From positions 59,374,788 through 59,438,787 of the forward strand of contig CM120640.1 in NCBI GenBank assembly GCA_051362555.1: 64,000 nt of DNA, in the 5' to 3' direction. How positions within the stretch are numbered: the stretch's first letter is position 1; each line of letters starts with the position of its first letter. This document shows, in pieces, positions 1 through 11,984 of the stretch. Made by a program: the position numbers and the translations under genes. This stretch comes from Lingula anatina (Eukaryota > Animalia > Brachiopoda). The notes below the pieces were generated by a model. It had not been told where the DNA came from. It searched no databases and saw only the letters and a list, made by a program, of their open reading frames with translations.

Positions 1-29
1 TTACTCAGGATATATCGAAGAATATATTA

Positions 30-1235
30 GAAAACGGTAATTTGGACAATGGGGTAGCCCTTCATTATGTTTAAAATCTTAATTATTTGGAAGCTAGATA
101 ATTAGAAGAGCCTATCACAGAGGCATTACAAGCACTTTCTAATATAATCAAATTAACCTAAGGTAACTGACGGCTTTTCAGTCGAATTTAATAATTTTTT
201 GTAGACAATTAGATTCTTTTGTTGTCAGGTCAATAAATTTTGCTATATTGCTTACGAATCTGGACATTTATCAGTTGCGCAAAAAAGGTATAATTGCTTC
301 CCTTCCGATAGGGAATAAACCACGCCACTTTCTTAAAAACTCCTTATATAGCTGCTAGAATACATTTTGTATTAGATACATTAATATACATTAATATATC
401 CGGACCAAACCGGATTCATGTCGGGTTACACTGGAGGAGACGCTCGATTTATTTACAACGAAAATGCAGTATTATGAAGAAGAAAATTTTCGTGGGTAAC
501 TGTCACTAACCGACTTTGATAAAGCATTCGATTCCTTGTCTTGATAGTTTATTCAAAAGGTTTCAAAATTTTAACTAGGATGATTTAGTTAGAAGATGGC
601 TATCATAATTCTACAATAATATTTCTGCTTCAGTAAATCAAGGGGATATGTCAAAATTCTTTAAAATTCACAGGGGATGACCCCAGGGGGCCCTCTTCCT
701 CGATCCTTATCTCTTTATTCTATGCACCGAAATACTTGTGGCACTCACACGAAATGATGATAGTATAAAGGGTATTTACACAGGTGCAAAATAACTTAAA
801 ATGTCCCATTATGCACATGATACTATAGAAGTGAGCAGTCTCTAGATGAATGCATGGGTACATGTATGTATGTTTGTCTTATATAAAAACTCGAAATTCT
901 CCGGCCTGCATATTGATCTTTCTAATACTGAAGTATATACGGATTTGGTCAAAACGTTACTCTAAATATATGTTCTTTTCACAATATCAATTAAAATGAG
1001 GGGGGGGAGGGGGAAGGTAAGATGACAAAACCAAATATGGAGGCAAAATTAACCTCCATGATCAGGATATCAGTGGAAAGTAAGAAATGTCACACTTCTT
1101 GGCAAAATAACAGTGATATAAACATTTTCTTGCCGATATTAAATCATGTAAGTTAAAAAAAAACAGAGGAAAAAGAGATCAATATAATTTGAAAATGTTT
1201 TTTTTCGGAATGATAAGCCTGGCAATATTAAAAGA
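30..1235 (+). mobile_element. Decayed non-LTR retrotransposon (Tx1/L1-type) reverse transcriptase fragment
   Basis: Broken frames give ordered RT motifs: GHLSVAQK..GIIASLP..GNKPRHFLKN (~262-340), DFDKAFDSLS (512-541), PYLFILCTEIL (~705-737), YAHDT (YADD equivalent, 810-824), SGLHIDLSNTE (~899-931), WKVRNVTLLGKITVI (~1075-1119). Many stops and frameshifts; boundaries approximate. Confidence 0.85.
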
Positions 1236-2646
1236 AGCTTTGGTGTCATATATTTTCAATAACGCTCACGACCAAGTGGGTTCGATTCCCACTCAGTTCC
1301 CTTTTTTCTGTATTTTTTAAAATTACTATTATCATATCGTTCCAGAACATTTTTGTTAAAGTCTCAAAATCTTAGACTCAGGGCAAGTGTGGAAATAAGA
1401 CTTTCACACAGAATATAGTATATAAAGAGATTCTATAAATCGTATATACTAATATCTTATCATTGTTAAATGGTTGATGTGATGGGTATCAGCTAGGAAG
1501 AGAGTTTAAAGCTGGGGCATAAAATGGTAAGTGTGAGGCAATTATAAAACCGTCGAAAATTCCATGGGTGAAGAGACATGTTTAAAATAAAGAAGTGGGA
1601 AAATATATTATAACTAAATGTGTACATACTAAGAAACTAGTCATATGGTACAGAATATATTAAAAAAAAACTTAATAACGTAAAAATATATTCTTGGTAG
1701 AAGCTTTAAGAGCGTGGCGAAAAATACTTGGTAAATAGATAAGTCACTTTTTTCAACCTGGATATTTAGCGTACGAATAATTAACATTAACTGAAAGGGC
1801 ATTAACATGCCACATTTGCTCTTAGGTGAGAGAGTGTGACTGAGTGTTATTTTTGCAGTTTTTTGTTTTATCCTGCATTTGTGATGTATTGTGTCAATCA
1901 AAAAGTATTTAATGACCAACTTCAGCAGCTTTGCGTGAACGTAAGTGAGGCATAGTGACGTCCGTCTTTATTGGCAAAGAACTTGTGAAATCTAAACACC
2001 TTATGACAGAAGAAAAGACTGCTGCATATACAAAGGCGGGTGAAGGGGACCTGGAATGTCTGAGAAGATAATGTTTAGTAAAGGTGCGTGAGTGCTATAA
2101 AGAATTCCACACATGGTTTGCGCCATATTTATGCGATTTTTGCAATACAACACGATGTTTTCAGTCACATGTAATGTTATTGTCAGTGAATTCTATTCAA
2201 CGAACATAATAAAGTTAATTTTGCATACAGCGGTCATGGACGTTTGTCATGTAGTCAACGTATCAACAATATTATATGCAAAAGAAAGAAATTCACTCTT
2301 ATTCTCCTTAAACGGAATCTCACGCAAGGTACATGTAGCATCAAAAGATGTAAAGTATCCACTGGGAAGTGACACTGCGCTATGAAAATCACATACGTAG
2401 ATCTATATGATCAAGCTAATGGTAGTTTACGTGCCTTTCTTTGAGTATGGGTTTTTCTGAGAATCAATCAAAGCCAGTTATCTCTGCTTTTCATTTGACT
2501 GTGGGTACTACCGCTAAGTAACCAAACCAATTCGATGACCATCCTTCGGTCTGAAAGGCCTGTAGATGTGAAGACACGAAGAATGAAGCGTATCAGATAT
2601 TCAGGTATCAGATGCCAGTACATGATTTCCTTTAAAGTAATAGATG

Positions 2647-2960
2647 TGACGGCTTTCTGATAATTTTTCAGTTAATTTCAAACAAAAAGAAAGCTCGCTT
2701 TTGATAATGCGCTTTATTACGCAGTAGAAGTGAGTTTGTGATGTTTCAGGTAACATTGTAAATATCTTCAATGTAGTACATTTAATTATGGTAAGGGTAT
2801 GACAGCCTTCTGATAAATTTTCAGTTAATGTCAAACAAAAAGATATTTTAAAAAGCTAGCTTCTGATAATGCGCTTTATGATGCAGTAGAAGTGTGTTTG
2901 TGATGTTTCAGGTAAAATTGTAAATATCTCCAATGTAGTACATTTAATTATGGAAAAGCA
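2647..2960. repeat. Diverged tandem duplication, 2 units, period about 153 bp
   Basis: Units start tgacggctttctgataat (2647) and tgacagccttctgataaa (2800); both contain gataatgcgctttat, gtttgtgatgtttcaggtaa and caatgtagtacatttaattatgg. Confidence 0.9.
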
Positions 2961-3559
2961 TGCCCCTTAGATCTATTATCAGAAATCGAAAATGATCGAA
3001 GGCAACACAATGAGCAACAGGATGTTCTCGTTAAAGGTCACGTATCTAATAACGCAAGTTTCTACCTCGGACTGCAATTATCTCTTGTAAGGGGCGCGGC
3101 ATTCCTCCAACAAAGCTTGAAACTTTTTAAATTCACCTTTCACTTTTCTTATTTATTTATGAATGAAATAATCAATATGCCAGTGTCCGTTCCCAACAAA
3201 ACAACAAAGTAAAACAAGAAAAAATAGAGAAATTAGGAAGTACAAGTAAGAGGAAGTGCCCAAAGCGCCCAAATTTGATTCTAGCTGACTCTGGATATTT
3301 GGGACAGCGAAACCATCTTGTTCTCGTCGTTGAAAATACCGTCTTCGTGATACACCCTGATTGTGACGAGAATCTGTAAAATATCACTGGAAAAATGTTA
3401 TAGTTGAAATTTTAACGCGAAAATGCCATGTTTATAATAACATTATTCATGTACATTGTACATATCTTCAGTAATGCGGTTAGTTAGATATATCGAAGTG
3501 GGGCAAGGTACACACACACTGGACAAGTGTCACCCCTACTGAACCAACACTTTGGGGGA

Positions 3560-4829
3560 GATAAATGACTGTGGAATGATATGCTCCCGGTATCATTTTA
3601 TTACATCAAATTTCACAAAAAGCCCAACAATACAATTCCACTGTACAGCGGTTTTATACTCATTAGTCACATTATAAGTAGACCAGGCATTATAACTACT
3701 CAAGATCTACCTACTTTGATTACTCTGATTCAGGGGGTGACTCTTCTATTGTCCATTGTGTGTATATTTATCAGAATTGATAAATAAGAAAATTGAAAAT
3801 TGTACAAATTAGTTATTTTCTTCTCAAGATATCCACAGCCACTTGCTTTCTGTATGTATTTTCTGCAACTTCTTGCATTCCCAGTAGGTCCAATATTTAG
3901 TTGAAATAAATCAATAAAATGAGCTGATAGTTGCACGGAATCAATAAAAGAGTCCACGTTTGTCTTTATTTTTCCTCTAAAATAAAAAAGAAGAAAAAGA
4001 CTTAAAGAACACGTATACTTTCGATAAGGTCACGAAGAATCCTCTTTCTATTCTGAAATGCCAATTCTTTTACATACTGGGTTGAAGCAATTTGAAACTG
4101 AAAAGGTTCTTTGTGTGACTAAGGGAAACTTAACCAGGTGCGGTACGATACATGCGAGATTTTTTCCCTCATCCACCTATAAAGCCCCATTTTCACTGAG
4201 TTGCAACCATTGTGCTACCTTTCTACCACCCAAAATACATGTATGGCCAAGACAATCAATGGTCGCCAAAGCAAGAAAACCGAGAAGGTTGCACTTTCCA
4301 CACAAGTTCCTTATTATATGGTGATTTATTTTCAGCTTGTTATTGATAAGCCAGGCGCGTATGTGAGCTATACAATTGGTAATTTTATCCATAAACAGTT
4401 TAAGGTTATATATATAACACAGCAAGTTTGTGATGGTGTAAAAGGGCACAAAGTGACAAGGTATAAATGCAAAACAGTTGTTGCCCTAGAACACTGCCTT
4501 GAGGCGTTCCGAAAACAACGGTGTCAAAGACCGCTCAGAGAACCAGTGGTGACAAAGCAGAGTTGCTATCAGTGCTCATTCTTAATCCTCAGAAGAGCTG
4601 ACTCTTATCTGCGTTTTGCCTTAGGACCAGATTGCATCTCCTCAACAAGGTTGTTGGTGTTGGTGATTGAACAGTCTAACAGCCACTACTTTTTCATTCA
4701 ACTTTGAAAGAAATGGAAGGTTTGATTTAAGTCGGCAATTCAGCAAAATATCAGGACCAAAATTATTTTTTTAAGTAAAGGGCGAACAATTCCAGATTTG
4801 GGACTAGCGATACAGGTACCTGCTGTAAG
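3560..4829 (-). mobile_element. Decayed L2/CR1-type LINE reverse transcriptase fragment
   Basis: Minus strand reads KSGIVRPLLKK..SNLPFLSKLNEKVVAVRLFNH, MQSG..ESALLRIKNE, GSVLGQQLFCIYTL, and CIAHIRAWLINNKLKIN (in ORF 4177..4449). These match the L2/CR1 RT consensus in order. Interrupted at ~4180-4310; left boundary approximate. Confidence 0.8.
4180..4310 (+). mobile_element. PIF/Harbinger-like non-autonomous fragment inserted in the LINE
   Basis: Starts taaagccccattttcactga and shares caatggtcg(c/t)caaagcaagaaaa with the copy at ~4900. Confidence 0.5.
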
Positions 4830-4832
4830 TAA

Positions 4833-5940
4833 AGTCACGTTTACACTGGACGGCGAACTTTGTGCGTCTCTTCTAGGACCAAATTGTGGGCAGGACGCTC
4901 AATGGTCGTCAAAGCAAGAAAATCGTGTCTCAGTGTAAAAATGCATCTGCGATCCTTGTGCGTCCTTGAAACGACCAAATCTGAATTTTACCCTGAAATA
5001 CCCTTAAGGATATTGTCATGCACTCTTAGCCCCAAACTCCTTAATTACTGCCTTACATACATTCTTTTCAGTGTTCAGTGACTAAATTAATTAACATTTA
5101 CATCTTATGGATGACGTGATAATTGCGATTTTGGGCTAAAACTGAAAAATCGGTTTCTCAAATTTCTTTTTTACTTGAGAACCGACGATCACCGTTTTAA
5201 CACCGATTTAATGACACCATTTAGTACTCCAAAACCCTGCCGGCGAATTTTCTTTAAAGTCTTAGTTCAGATTTTGTCTTTAATGAAGCAAAATAATGGC
5301 TTTGTTTAATGAAAATCTGTAATTACGGGCTCATATCTCCATAACAACATTTAAACATAACGGCATTTAAACCAAAACGACGGCATGGGATCGTAGCCTA
5401 TAATTCGTGGTCAACTCTGTCAATTTTCGTGATAAAATCTTGTTCAGGGATAAAGTTACGCTCCATACCTATTGCTATCTCACCTCGAAATAGAAAGGTG
5501 TTAAATTGACGATTAAAGCTTTGAGTTGCCTATTCTTATACATTGTGCACAGCGAGAAATATAAATGCCGATATTTTAGGTTTTCGAGGGTTTTTTATTA
5601 TTGTAAATCAACACAATGATAGATGCATTATTGAATAATTAGTTTCTTGAAAAACCTCATTTTCGGTATCTGGATGATAATAAAGGGTTTCAATATCCTT
5701 AAAACTGCGAGAAACTTGTGCGTCCACTGAGCGACCTGTCTGCCTCTGCTGGAAGTCCCCTGTGAAACCTACTGCGTCTCATGCTATGTGATAGCGATCA
5801 TTAAGCATCATCACTGAGTTCTCTGTACCTTTATAGGCGATCAATGGCGATCAGTGGCGGCCATTCTAATATCTTTCGGACTCCTTTTTGCACATGCAAT
5901 GGGCGCGTTAATCGCTGAAAGGAGGCACAAAAGAGGCATA
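4833..5940 (+). mobile_element. PIF/Harbinger-like non-autonomous element, split by a TTAA insertion
   Basis: Left end TAA|agtcacgtttacactggacggc. Related sub-repeats cttgtgcgtcc...cgacc occur on both sides of the 5008-5698 insert (~4955 and ~5716). Right boundary uncertain. Confidence 0.5.
5008..5698. mobile_element. 691-bp non-autonomous DNA transposon with TTAA TSD (Kolobok-like termini)
   Basis: TTAA(5004-5007)|GGATATTG ... CAATATCC|TTAA(5699-5702): perfect 8-bp TIR plus TTAA on each side; no coding capacity. Confidence 0.65.
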
Positions 5941-6347
5941 GGCATCTTCTTAATTTTTTTTCATGGTTGCATTTTCTTCGTGAAATCATATATTATTCAA
6001 AAGTCCTTCCCGTTGAATTAATAAGAGGGATGAGGGGTGTAATAAAGGCCTTCGACAATTTTGCTATGGTAATGTATGCTGTGTATGATAAACAGAGTGC
6101 CATTAAAAAGAAAGTTACTGCTTAGCGAATAACATAATCGTGATTCTTGAAACGAGTTGTCTAGTGTATACGTAAGCTTCATATTGTTTTAGAGGGAAGC
6201 AACTAGAGTTTTTATTTTATATTCACTTACGTGTCTCACAGCATAGTCTCTCTCTCTCTCTCTCTCATATATTTTATATTGTCACTCATATGTATTCATT
6301 ACACTAGTACCATGTATTTCGATAATCTTCTAAGAATTTTTTTCAGG

Positions 6348-6450
6348 ATGAACAATTGTACCTCGAATAGCAGTTCATCTGCAGTTGACTATGCGTCCCG
6401 TTTACTCCCTTGGCAAGATGTCGTATTGGGAGTGTCTTTGACAATAGTTG
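6348..6450 (+). CDS. Group-4 opsin (neuropsin/Go/peropsin-like), coding exon 1
   Basis: ATG at 6348 follows acceptor ttttttcag|g; encodes MNNCTS..LLPWQDVVLGVSLTIV; donor g|gtaatt at 6451, phase 1. Confidence 0.85.
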
Positions 6451-6593
6451 GTAATTGTGTTTGTATTGATTTGTAAAAATTAATTTTGAATTGGTCTTAA
6501 AGTAATTCAGCATAACATGTACAATGTACATTAATTTATACATGATGGATATCTGGTGATAATAACAGTGTAAAATTGGCATATTTGGATACT

Positions 6594-6781
6594 GCAGTGT
6601 TATGTAGTGTGCATTGTCATAGTCCGTGCATGTAGCTTATAGACTTTTTAAAAGAAAATATATTAAAAAACGGCCACTTTGATTTAAATTGCAGTGTAAA
6701 TGTTCATTCTAATAGTCAGTTCGTGTAGCTGATATCAACTACTTTCGAAGAACATATATTAAAAAAGTCCACTTTGGTTTG
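6594..6781. repeat. Diverged ~95-bp tandem duplication in opsin intron 1
   Basis: Two copies of gcagtgt..atagtc..tgtagct..atatattaaaaaa..ccactttg.ttt. Confidence 0.6.
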
Positions 6782-6815
6782 AGTAGTTTTCACACTTTTT
6801 CTTATCTCGTTTCAG

Positions 6816-6998
6816 ATGTCTTTGCTCTTATATTAAACGGAATAGTATTCACAATATTCTGTACATTGCGGACCAAGTTACATAGGCACGACTTACTTAT
6901 TCTCAATTTGGCCATATCTGACATAAGCTTGCCTGTTTTTGCTTATCCACTTGCTATTTATTCATTGTTTAAGCACCAGTGGAGCTTTGGTAATGCAG
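6816..6998 (+). CDS. Opsin coding exon 2 (TM1-TM2-ECL1)
   Basis: tttcag| acceptor; DVFALILNGIV..NLAISDISLPVFAYP..WSFGNAG; donor g|gtaatg; 183 nt keeps phase 1. Confidence 0.92.
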
Positions 6999-7209
6999 GT
7001 AATGTATGGATCACATTTTTCAAACGTAGAAAGTATGTTAAGCATTATGCGTGGAACAATATGACAGGAACAGAACAAAATGTTAAGCATCCTGCAATGT
7101 TGAGATATGCCAAAGCAACGCCTGTTCTAGGTAGTTCTCCTTTTTACAATACCGTTCATTACGTGTGTGACAAGCGTGCGGCAAGCTCTACACTTTTTTC
7201 CTTTTTTAG

Positions 7210-7320
7210 GCTGCATATACTACGGCTTCATCAGCTTTTTTGCAGGGGTTTACAGCATTGGCCTACTAACAGCTATCAGTATTTCAAGATACATGAAATT
7301 GTGCAAGACAAGCAATGCTG
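7210..7320 (+). CDS. Opsin coding exon 3 (TM3)
   Basis: ttttttag| acceptor; CIYYGFISFFAGVYSIGLLTAISISRYMKLC; donor g|gtaaaa; 111 nt. Confidence 0.92.
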
Positions 7321-7539
7321 GTAAAAACATGTATAGTAGAGATGATTAGAAGAGTTCCATTTATTTAAGCCTTCCTTGTTATGGATTCTTTTCACTTTTT
7401 TTAAAACTTACCTCTCAAGTTATTGTGGCTAAAATGGATCTTTGCAATGTAATGACTTTAGGATTGTCATCAAAAAAAATAACATAAAATGTTCGTTTCA
7501 AACAGTTTCTCAAAATGTCTACACAACTCTCCATTACAG

Positions 7540-7862
7540 AGCTGTCTGTGTGTAAAATCAACTGTGGAGTTTTGGGATCAGTGTTGTACTCATTGGGTTG
7601 CAGTTTACCACCTCTATTTGGCTGGGGCGAATATGGGCCAGACCCTCACGGAACGTCCTGTTCTTTAAAGTGGGACAGTCGATCAGGAGGCCAGGTTTCC
7701 TACGTAGCTACCCTGGTTGTCGTTGGATATGTTGCTCCACTGGCTATCATGAGCGCATGTTATGGCTGTATTCTACGAAAAGTGTTCGCCCAAAAAAGAA
7801 TTGTAAATAAAAAATCGAGAAGATTGAAGAAAATGGATGTGATGGAAATCCGTTTGTGTAAG
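7540..7862 (+). CDS. Opsin coding exon 4 (TM4-ECL2-TM5-ICL3)
   Basis: ttacag| acceptor; PPLFGWGEYGPDPHGTSCSLKW..YVAPLAIMSACY..EIRLCK; donor aag|gtatgg, phase 0. Confidence 0.92.
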
Positions 7863-8437
7863 GTATGGGTCATTTGTGTACTCTCCTTGCAAAAAAGTGC
7901 TTATCTTGGATTCTATCCGTGTGACTATGCGTGAGTAAGCTTTTGAATTCCTAGAATGCAATTTTGGTCCTTGTTCGACAAAACCTTGATCCTTAAAAAG
8001 ATAAAGCCTAAGTTTTAAAGCACTACTTTAAAGTGCACGTTTATAATCCGCCTTTTGCTAAACTTTTCTTAGGACAAGTAATACGTTTTGGTCATTTTAG
8101 CAGATAAATGCTATGAATTAATGTCGCCGAAAATTAAGTAATGAATCACCTCCTGACAAATTTCAGCCGTCAAACACCTTGACATAGATCCCGGAAGCCG
8201 GTACTCAAAGTGATGGCGGGATTTGAAAAAACCACACTTAATTATATTTAAATTTCCCCAGATTGTTACAGAGTTATAGCGATTGTCAGGAATGGATTGT
8301 CAAATGTTGGTTACTCATTAAACAATACCGTTCACCCCTGCCTCATGCTAAGAGAGCATACCTGCGTAAATTAACCATTCGAATACCATTTTTTGTTATC
8401 GCTAAATAGTGAGTCATATCATGTGATGCTGTTTCAG

Positions 8438-8797
8438 ATGTCTGCAGCTATGGGGCTAGGATTCATGCTGGCGTGGACGCCATACGCTATAGTCAGCTTT
8501 TGGATAACCTTTGAGAATGCTCCGTCAGTTCCTCCACTGTTGACTGTAATTTCAGCAATTCTTGCCAAAGCTTCACACGCTTACAATCCAGTTATATATT
8601 TCCTTATGAATAGGACAGTTAGAGACAAAATTAGAACTCTGTTTGAAATGTCTGCCCCCCAAAGACAGCGGATTGAACTCAGGTTGTCTTCAAATGAGAC
8701 CCTTGCATACACCAGGGAAAATACTGCCACATGCAGATTACACGGCTTACTAACATGTAGACATACCTCCTGTAGAATGGCGTTAAGAACATTTTAA
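8438..8797 (+). CDS. Opsin coding exon 5 (TM6-TM7-C-terminus) with retinal-binding lysine
   Basis: tttcag| acceptor; FMLAWTPYAIVS..ILAKASHAYNPVIY, with the K296-equivalent codon at 8567-8569. Exons total 103+183+111+323+360=1080 nt, one open frame of 359 aa plus stop. Confidence 0.93.
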   Translation: MSAAMGLGFMLAWTPYAIVSFWITFENAPSVPPLLTVISAILAKASHAYNPVIYFLMNRTVRDKIRTLFEMSAPQRQRIELRLSSNETLAYTRENTATCRLHGLLTCRHTSCRMALRTF

Positions 8798-9353
8798 ATT
8801 TATGAACATGTACTGCGTTGATTTCATTAAAAATTGGTAATGAATCTTATTACATTTAGACATTATACCAGAATACCGAAAGTGCTTAGCTTTGCAAGAT
8901 ACAAAATGTTTTGTCGAAAATCCTCAGTGATTCACCAGAAAATAACATTTGTATTTTTAAAGTTTCTGTTTGTTAATCATGATTGTTTAAAATAAGTTAT
9001 ATAATTTAAGATAATTATATATATATATTTTTTTTATTTTTAAATATTAATTGACATCTAATTTACGCTGAAGCATTGTTTTATCTGTCTGACGTCATGG
9101 TGGAGTTACATGTATGTTACGAGTATTTCCACTGAAATGGGATTGTGCTGGATTCCATGTTTCTCACCTAACGCATTTATCAGCACCTCAGCTGAGGTTA
9201 TCTTACGGTCAAGGCAAAGCTGTTTTGAGGCAGGATTTTGTTGATTTGAAATTTCAATCCTTCAGAGAGAAAACAACAATAAGAGAGGCCAAAACATTGT
9301 TTGCCTTTGCCCAGTGAACAATGCATCATACCGTTGATATATTTAGCTTTTTT

Positions 9354-9355
<2 letters not shown>

Positions 9356-9428
<73 letters not shown>
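9356..9428. repeat. (AT)n microsatellite
   Basis: Uninterrupted AT dinucleotide run. Confidence 0.98.
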
Positions 9429-9433
<5 letters not shown>

Positions 9434-11984
9434 CTAAGAATATTGGAAATATATGCACTATTGAAAGATTGGAAATATATACACTTCAAACATGAATAAT
9501 GGAAATATTATCTGTATCACGAGTAAATATTTGGAACGTATAATTCATCATTTTTAAATGAATTAAAATTCACTTTTTTCAAGGCCATTGATTTACCGCC
9601 CGAACTGGTAACTCTATATAAGGGAAAATACATGCGTCATCACATTATGAGTGAGACATATTCTCATTATTAATACATTGCGATTTCTTCTAAACACCTT
9701 TTATTAAACCAAATAATGGTCTCTTGTCATGTTATAAGTCCACTTCAAATACATGTATGAGTCGATGCTATAAATTGCATTGTAGTTTTTTAAGGACTTA
9801 TCGTTTCATAAAAGATTTTTCACAATATTTCGAATACTGGTATATGGTTATTTTTTCTATTAAATAATTTTTTCCTTCGCTTTTTTGCTGGAATGCCATC
9901 GGAATACATCTACGGCACGTAAATGTTATAAAGATCTATCTAACTAATTATATATCTATCTATTTGATCAATAAAACAACAATGCGGGAATTTTACTATC
10001 TGAACTTAAATTCAAACAGTCGCTAGAAGCAAAATAACATAAAGCAACATTTAATCAGAGATAGTGTTTTCACTTAACATTATGAAATTGATTCAATAGT
10101 ATTTTTTCCAATGTAATATAAACTGTTCGTTATGAAATCACAAAGTGCGTGACTGTCTCTTGCACGTATATTTCAGTCACTTCATAACATTCATGTACCC
10201 ACGCTTCATGTGTATCTTCTTTGAGATTAACGAGTTCTTTTACCCATTACTCGAGGTAAGCTAATGGATATCGTATGTGATTAGACTGATAGCTACTGTC
10301 CTATTAATCTAATTTATCAGATTAATTAATAGGTACAATTTTCATTACACTCCAAAAGCTTATTTTTCATGTTTTTCTCCACGCCACTTGTTTCAGTGCT
10401 ACTGAAACGACCAGTTTTGTCCTGATAGATTTGGTGAACATACTGAAGTCAAAAAGATATGCACAATTTTATATCTGTAATGATTACAAAACGTCCAACA
10501 TGTATGCACATTGTTTAATGCTATATGTCTTCCAGCACCGGTGTGGTAGAGATATCATATTTTAATAAATATTAAAATAATATTAATTTTAATAATATTA
10601 AAATAACCCACTTTGCTTTGAAGAGAGGGTAGACCACACGCTGCTACCCTGTACGTAAAATAGGAACGGCTGATCAAGTTTAACTATCATTACTATATAA
10701 TGCCACAGTCCCACAGTAGTTGTTATCAGTCTTTTAATCATCAAGTAAGGATCATTCCACAATAAGAGAACAATTGAGTCTCGTCAGTGATGCTCCCATT
10801 TTGTGTAAGATTTGCAAAATTCTTCTCCCATTATTTTGGCTTTTATAGACCATAGTGCCCTCCAGTATGGAAAGAAATAACAGTAACAGAAAAGTTCACA
10901 CTATACGCGTCTCCGTTTTTTTTTTTTTCACTTTGAGATTTTGTTTCCTGCAAAGTCACACGTTCCTTGCGGTGGTGTGATTTTTTTTTCAATATTTACA
11001 TTTGCTGCTCTTAAAGTTAATCCAATTCCATCGTAATTTATTGCTCTAGGAATGTAGGTTTTACAGTTTTGAATCTTTAAACAGATAAGTGGGAAATGGT
11101 TGGATTTCCGTGAAGCAGCTAGCGTGATCTTTTTAGTTTCTGAATAAACATTTTCATTCAATTTAGCAGTTGCAGTTAATGGACACAGCACATATAGGTA
11201 ATGACTTTTTGCGGCACTATTGATAAAAGTCTATCAGAATTTCAAATTTTCTTAAATGAAACAATGTGGCAGTTTCATTTATAAATTATATCTTCACTCT
11301 TCGCTTAAGAATAACATTTAGCTTGATTTTAGATTATCCTTTTTCTGTGATTTGGTTATAAATGATATTTCAGTGTTGATCAACAGAAGCGAGTTCAGGG
11401 CGCTGGGATTCTTAGAACATTTTACCAACATGTTAATGGTCTATTTTTAGACATTGTGCCACAAGTTTTAAATAATTACATCAAAGACATAAAATAGTTC
11501 ACGAGATATTTTGCGGACCCGTGTGTGTTTAAGTACGACGCTAACCGATGTGCTAGAGGTCAAAATTGATCGAGATCTGTCGGGTTAGAGGACAAACTCA
11601 TCTTGTTTGTCAAGGTAACAAAAATAGGCTTATCGATCTTCAGTAACGTGCATCTTTATTCAGCAGAATTTCCAAGTCTAAAATAGCAATATCAATTGAT
11701 CTGGACTTGTTCTTAAAACAGAAATCATTCGTTTGGTCTATAAACGTAATATTTTTATCCAGAATCAAAACTTTAAAAAGTTTAAATCATAGTTAGGCAA
11801 CTTAATATAAAAATTAAATATCCGTTGTAAATCATCTTTAGCATAACTGTCTCTACTTAATTGAATCGTTTGTATTCACTCTACGTCAAATATTTTGCTT
11901 TGTTTCATTACACACGGTGCTAACGTATACATGTATTTTAACTAAAAGTGACTCCGTGGAGATCGAATTAATTGAATCGCTGTT

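Noticed and set aside
1261-1310. tRNA gene
   Set aside because: Only the T-arm is present; no acceptor stem, D-arm or anticodon arm is visible.
2647-2960. Possible CRISPR-like or satellite array (also 49873-50098)
   Set aside because: Only two diverged units, no repeat-spacer structure, eukaryotic context and no cas genes.
4201-4707. 168-aa plus-strand ORF
   Set aside because: It is antisense to the decayed LINE RT and has no protein-like features.
6231-8797. ORFs 6231, 6779, 7167, 7515 and 8393 as separate genes
   Set aside because: They are exons of one spliced opsin with intronic read-through; splice phases join into a single frame.
10558-10606. AT-only palindromic cluster
   Set aside because: Low complexity; expected from slippage in AT-rich DNA.
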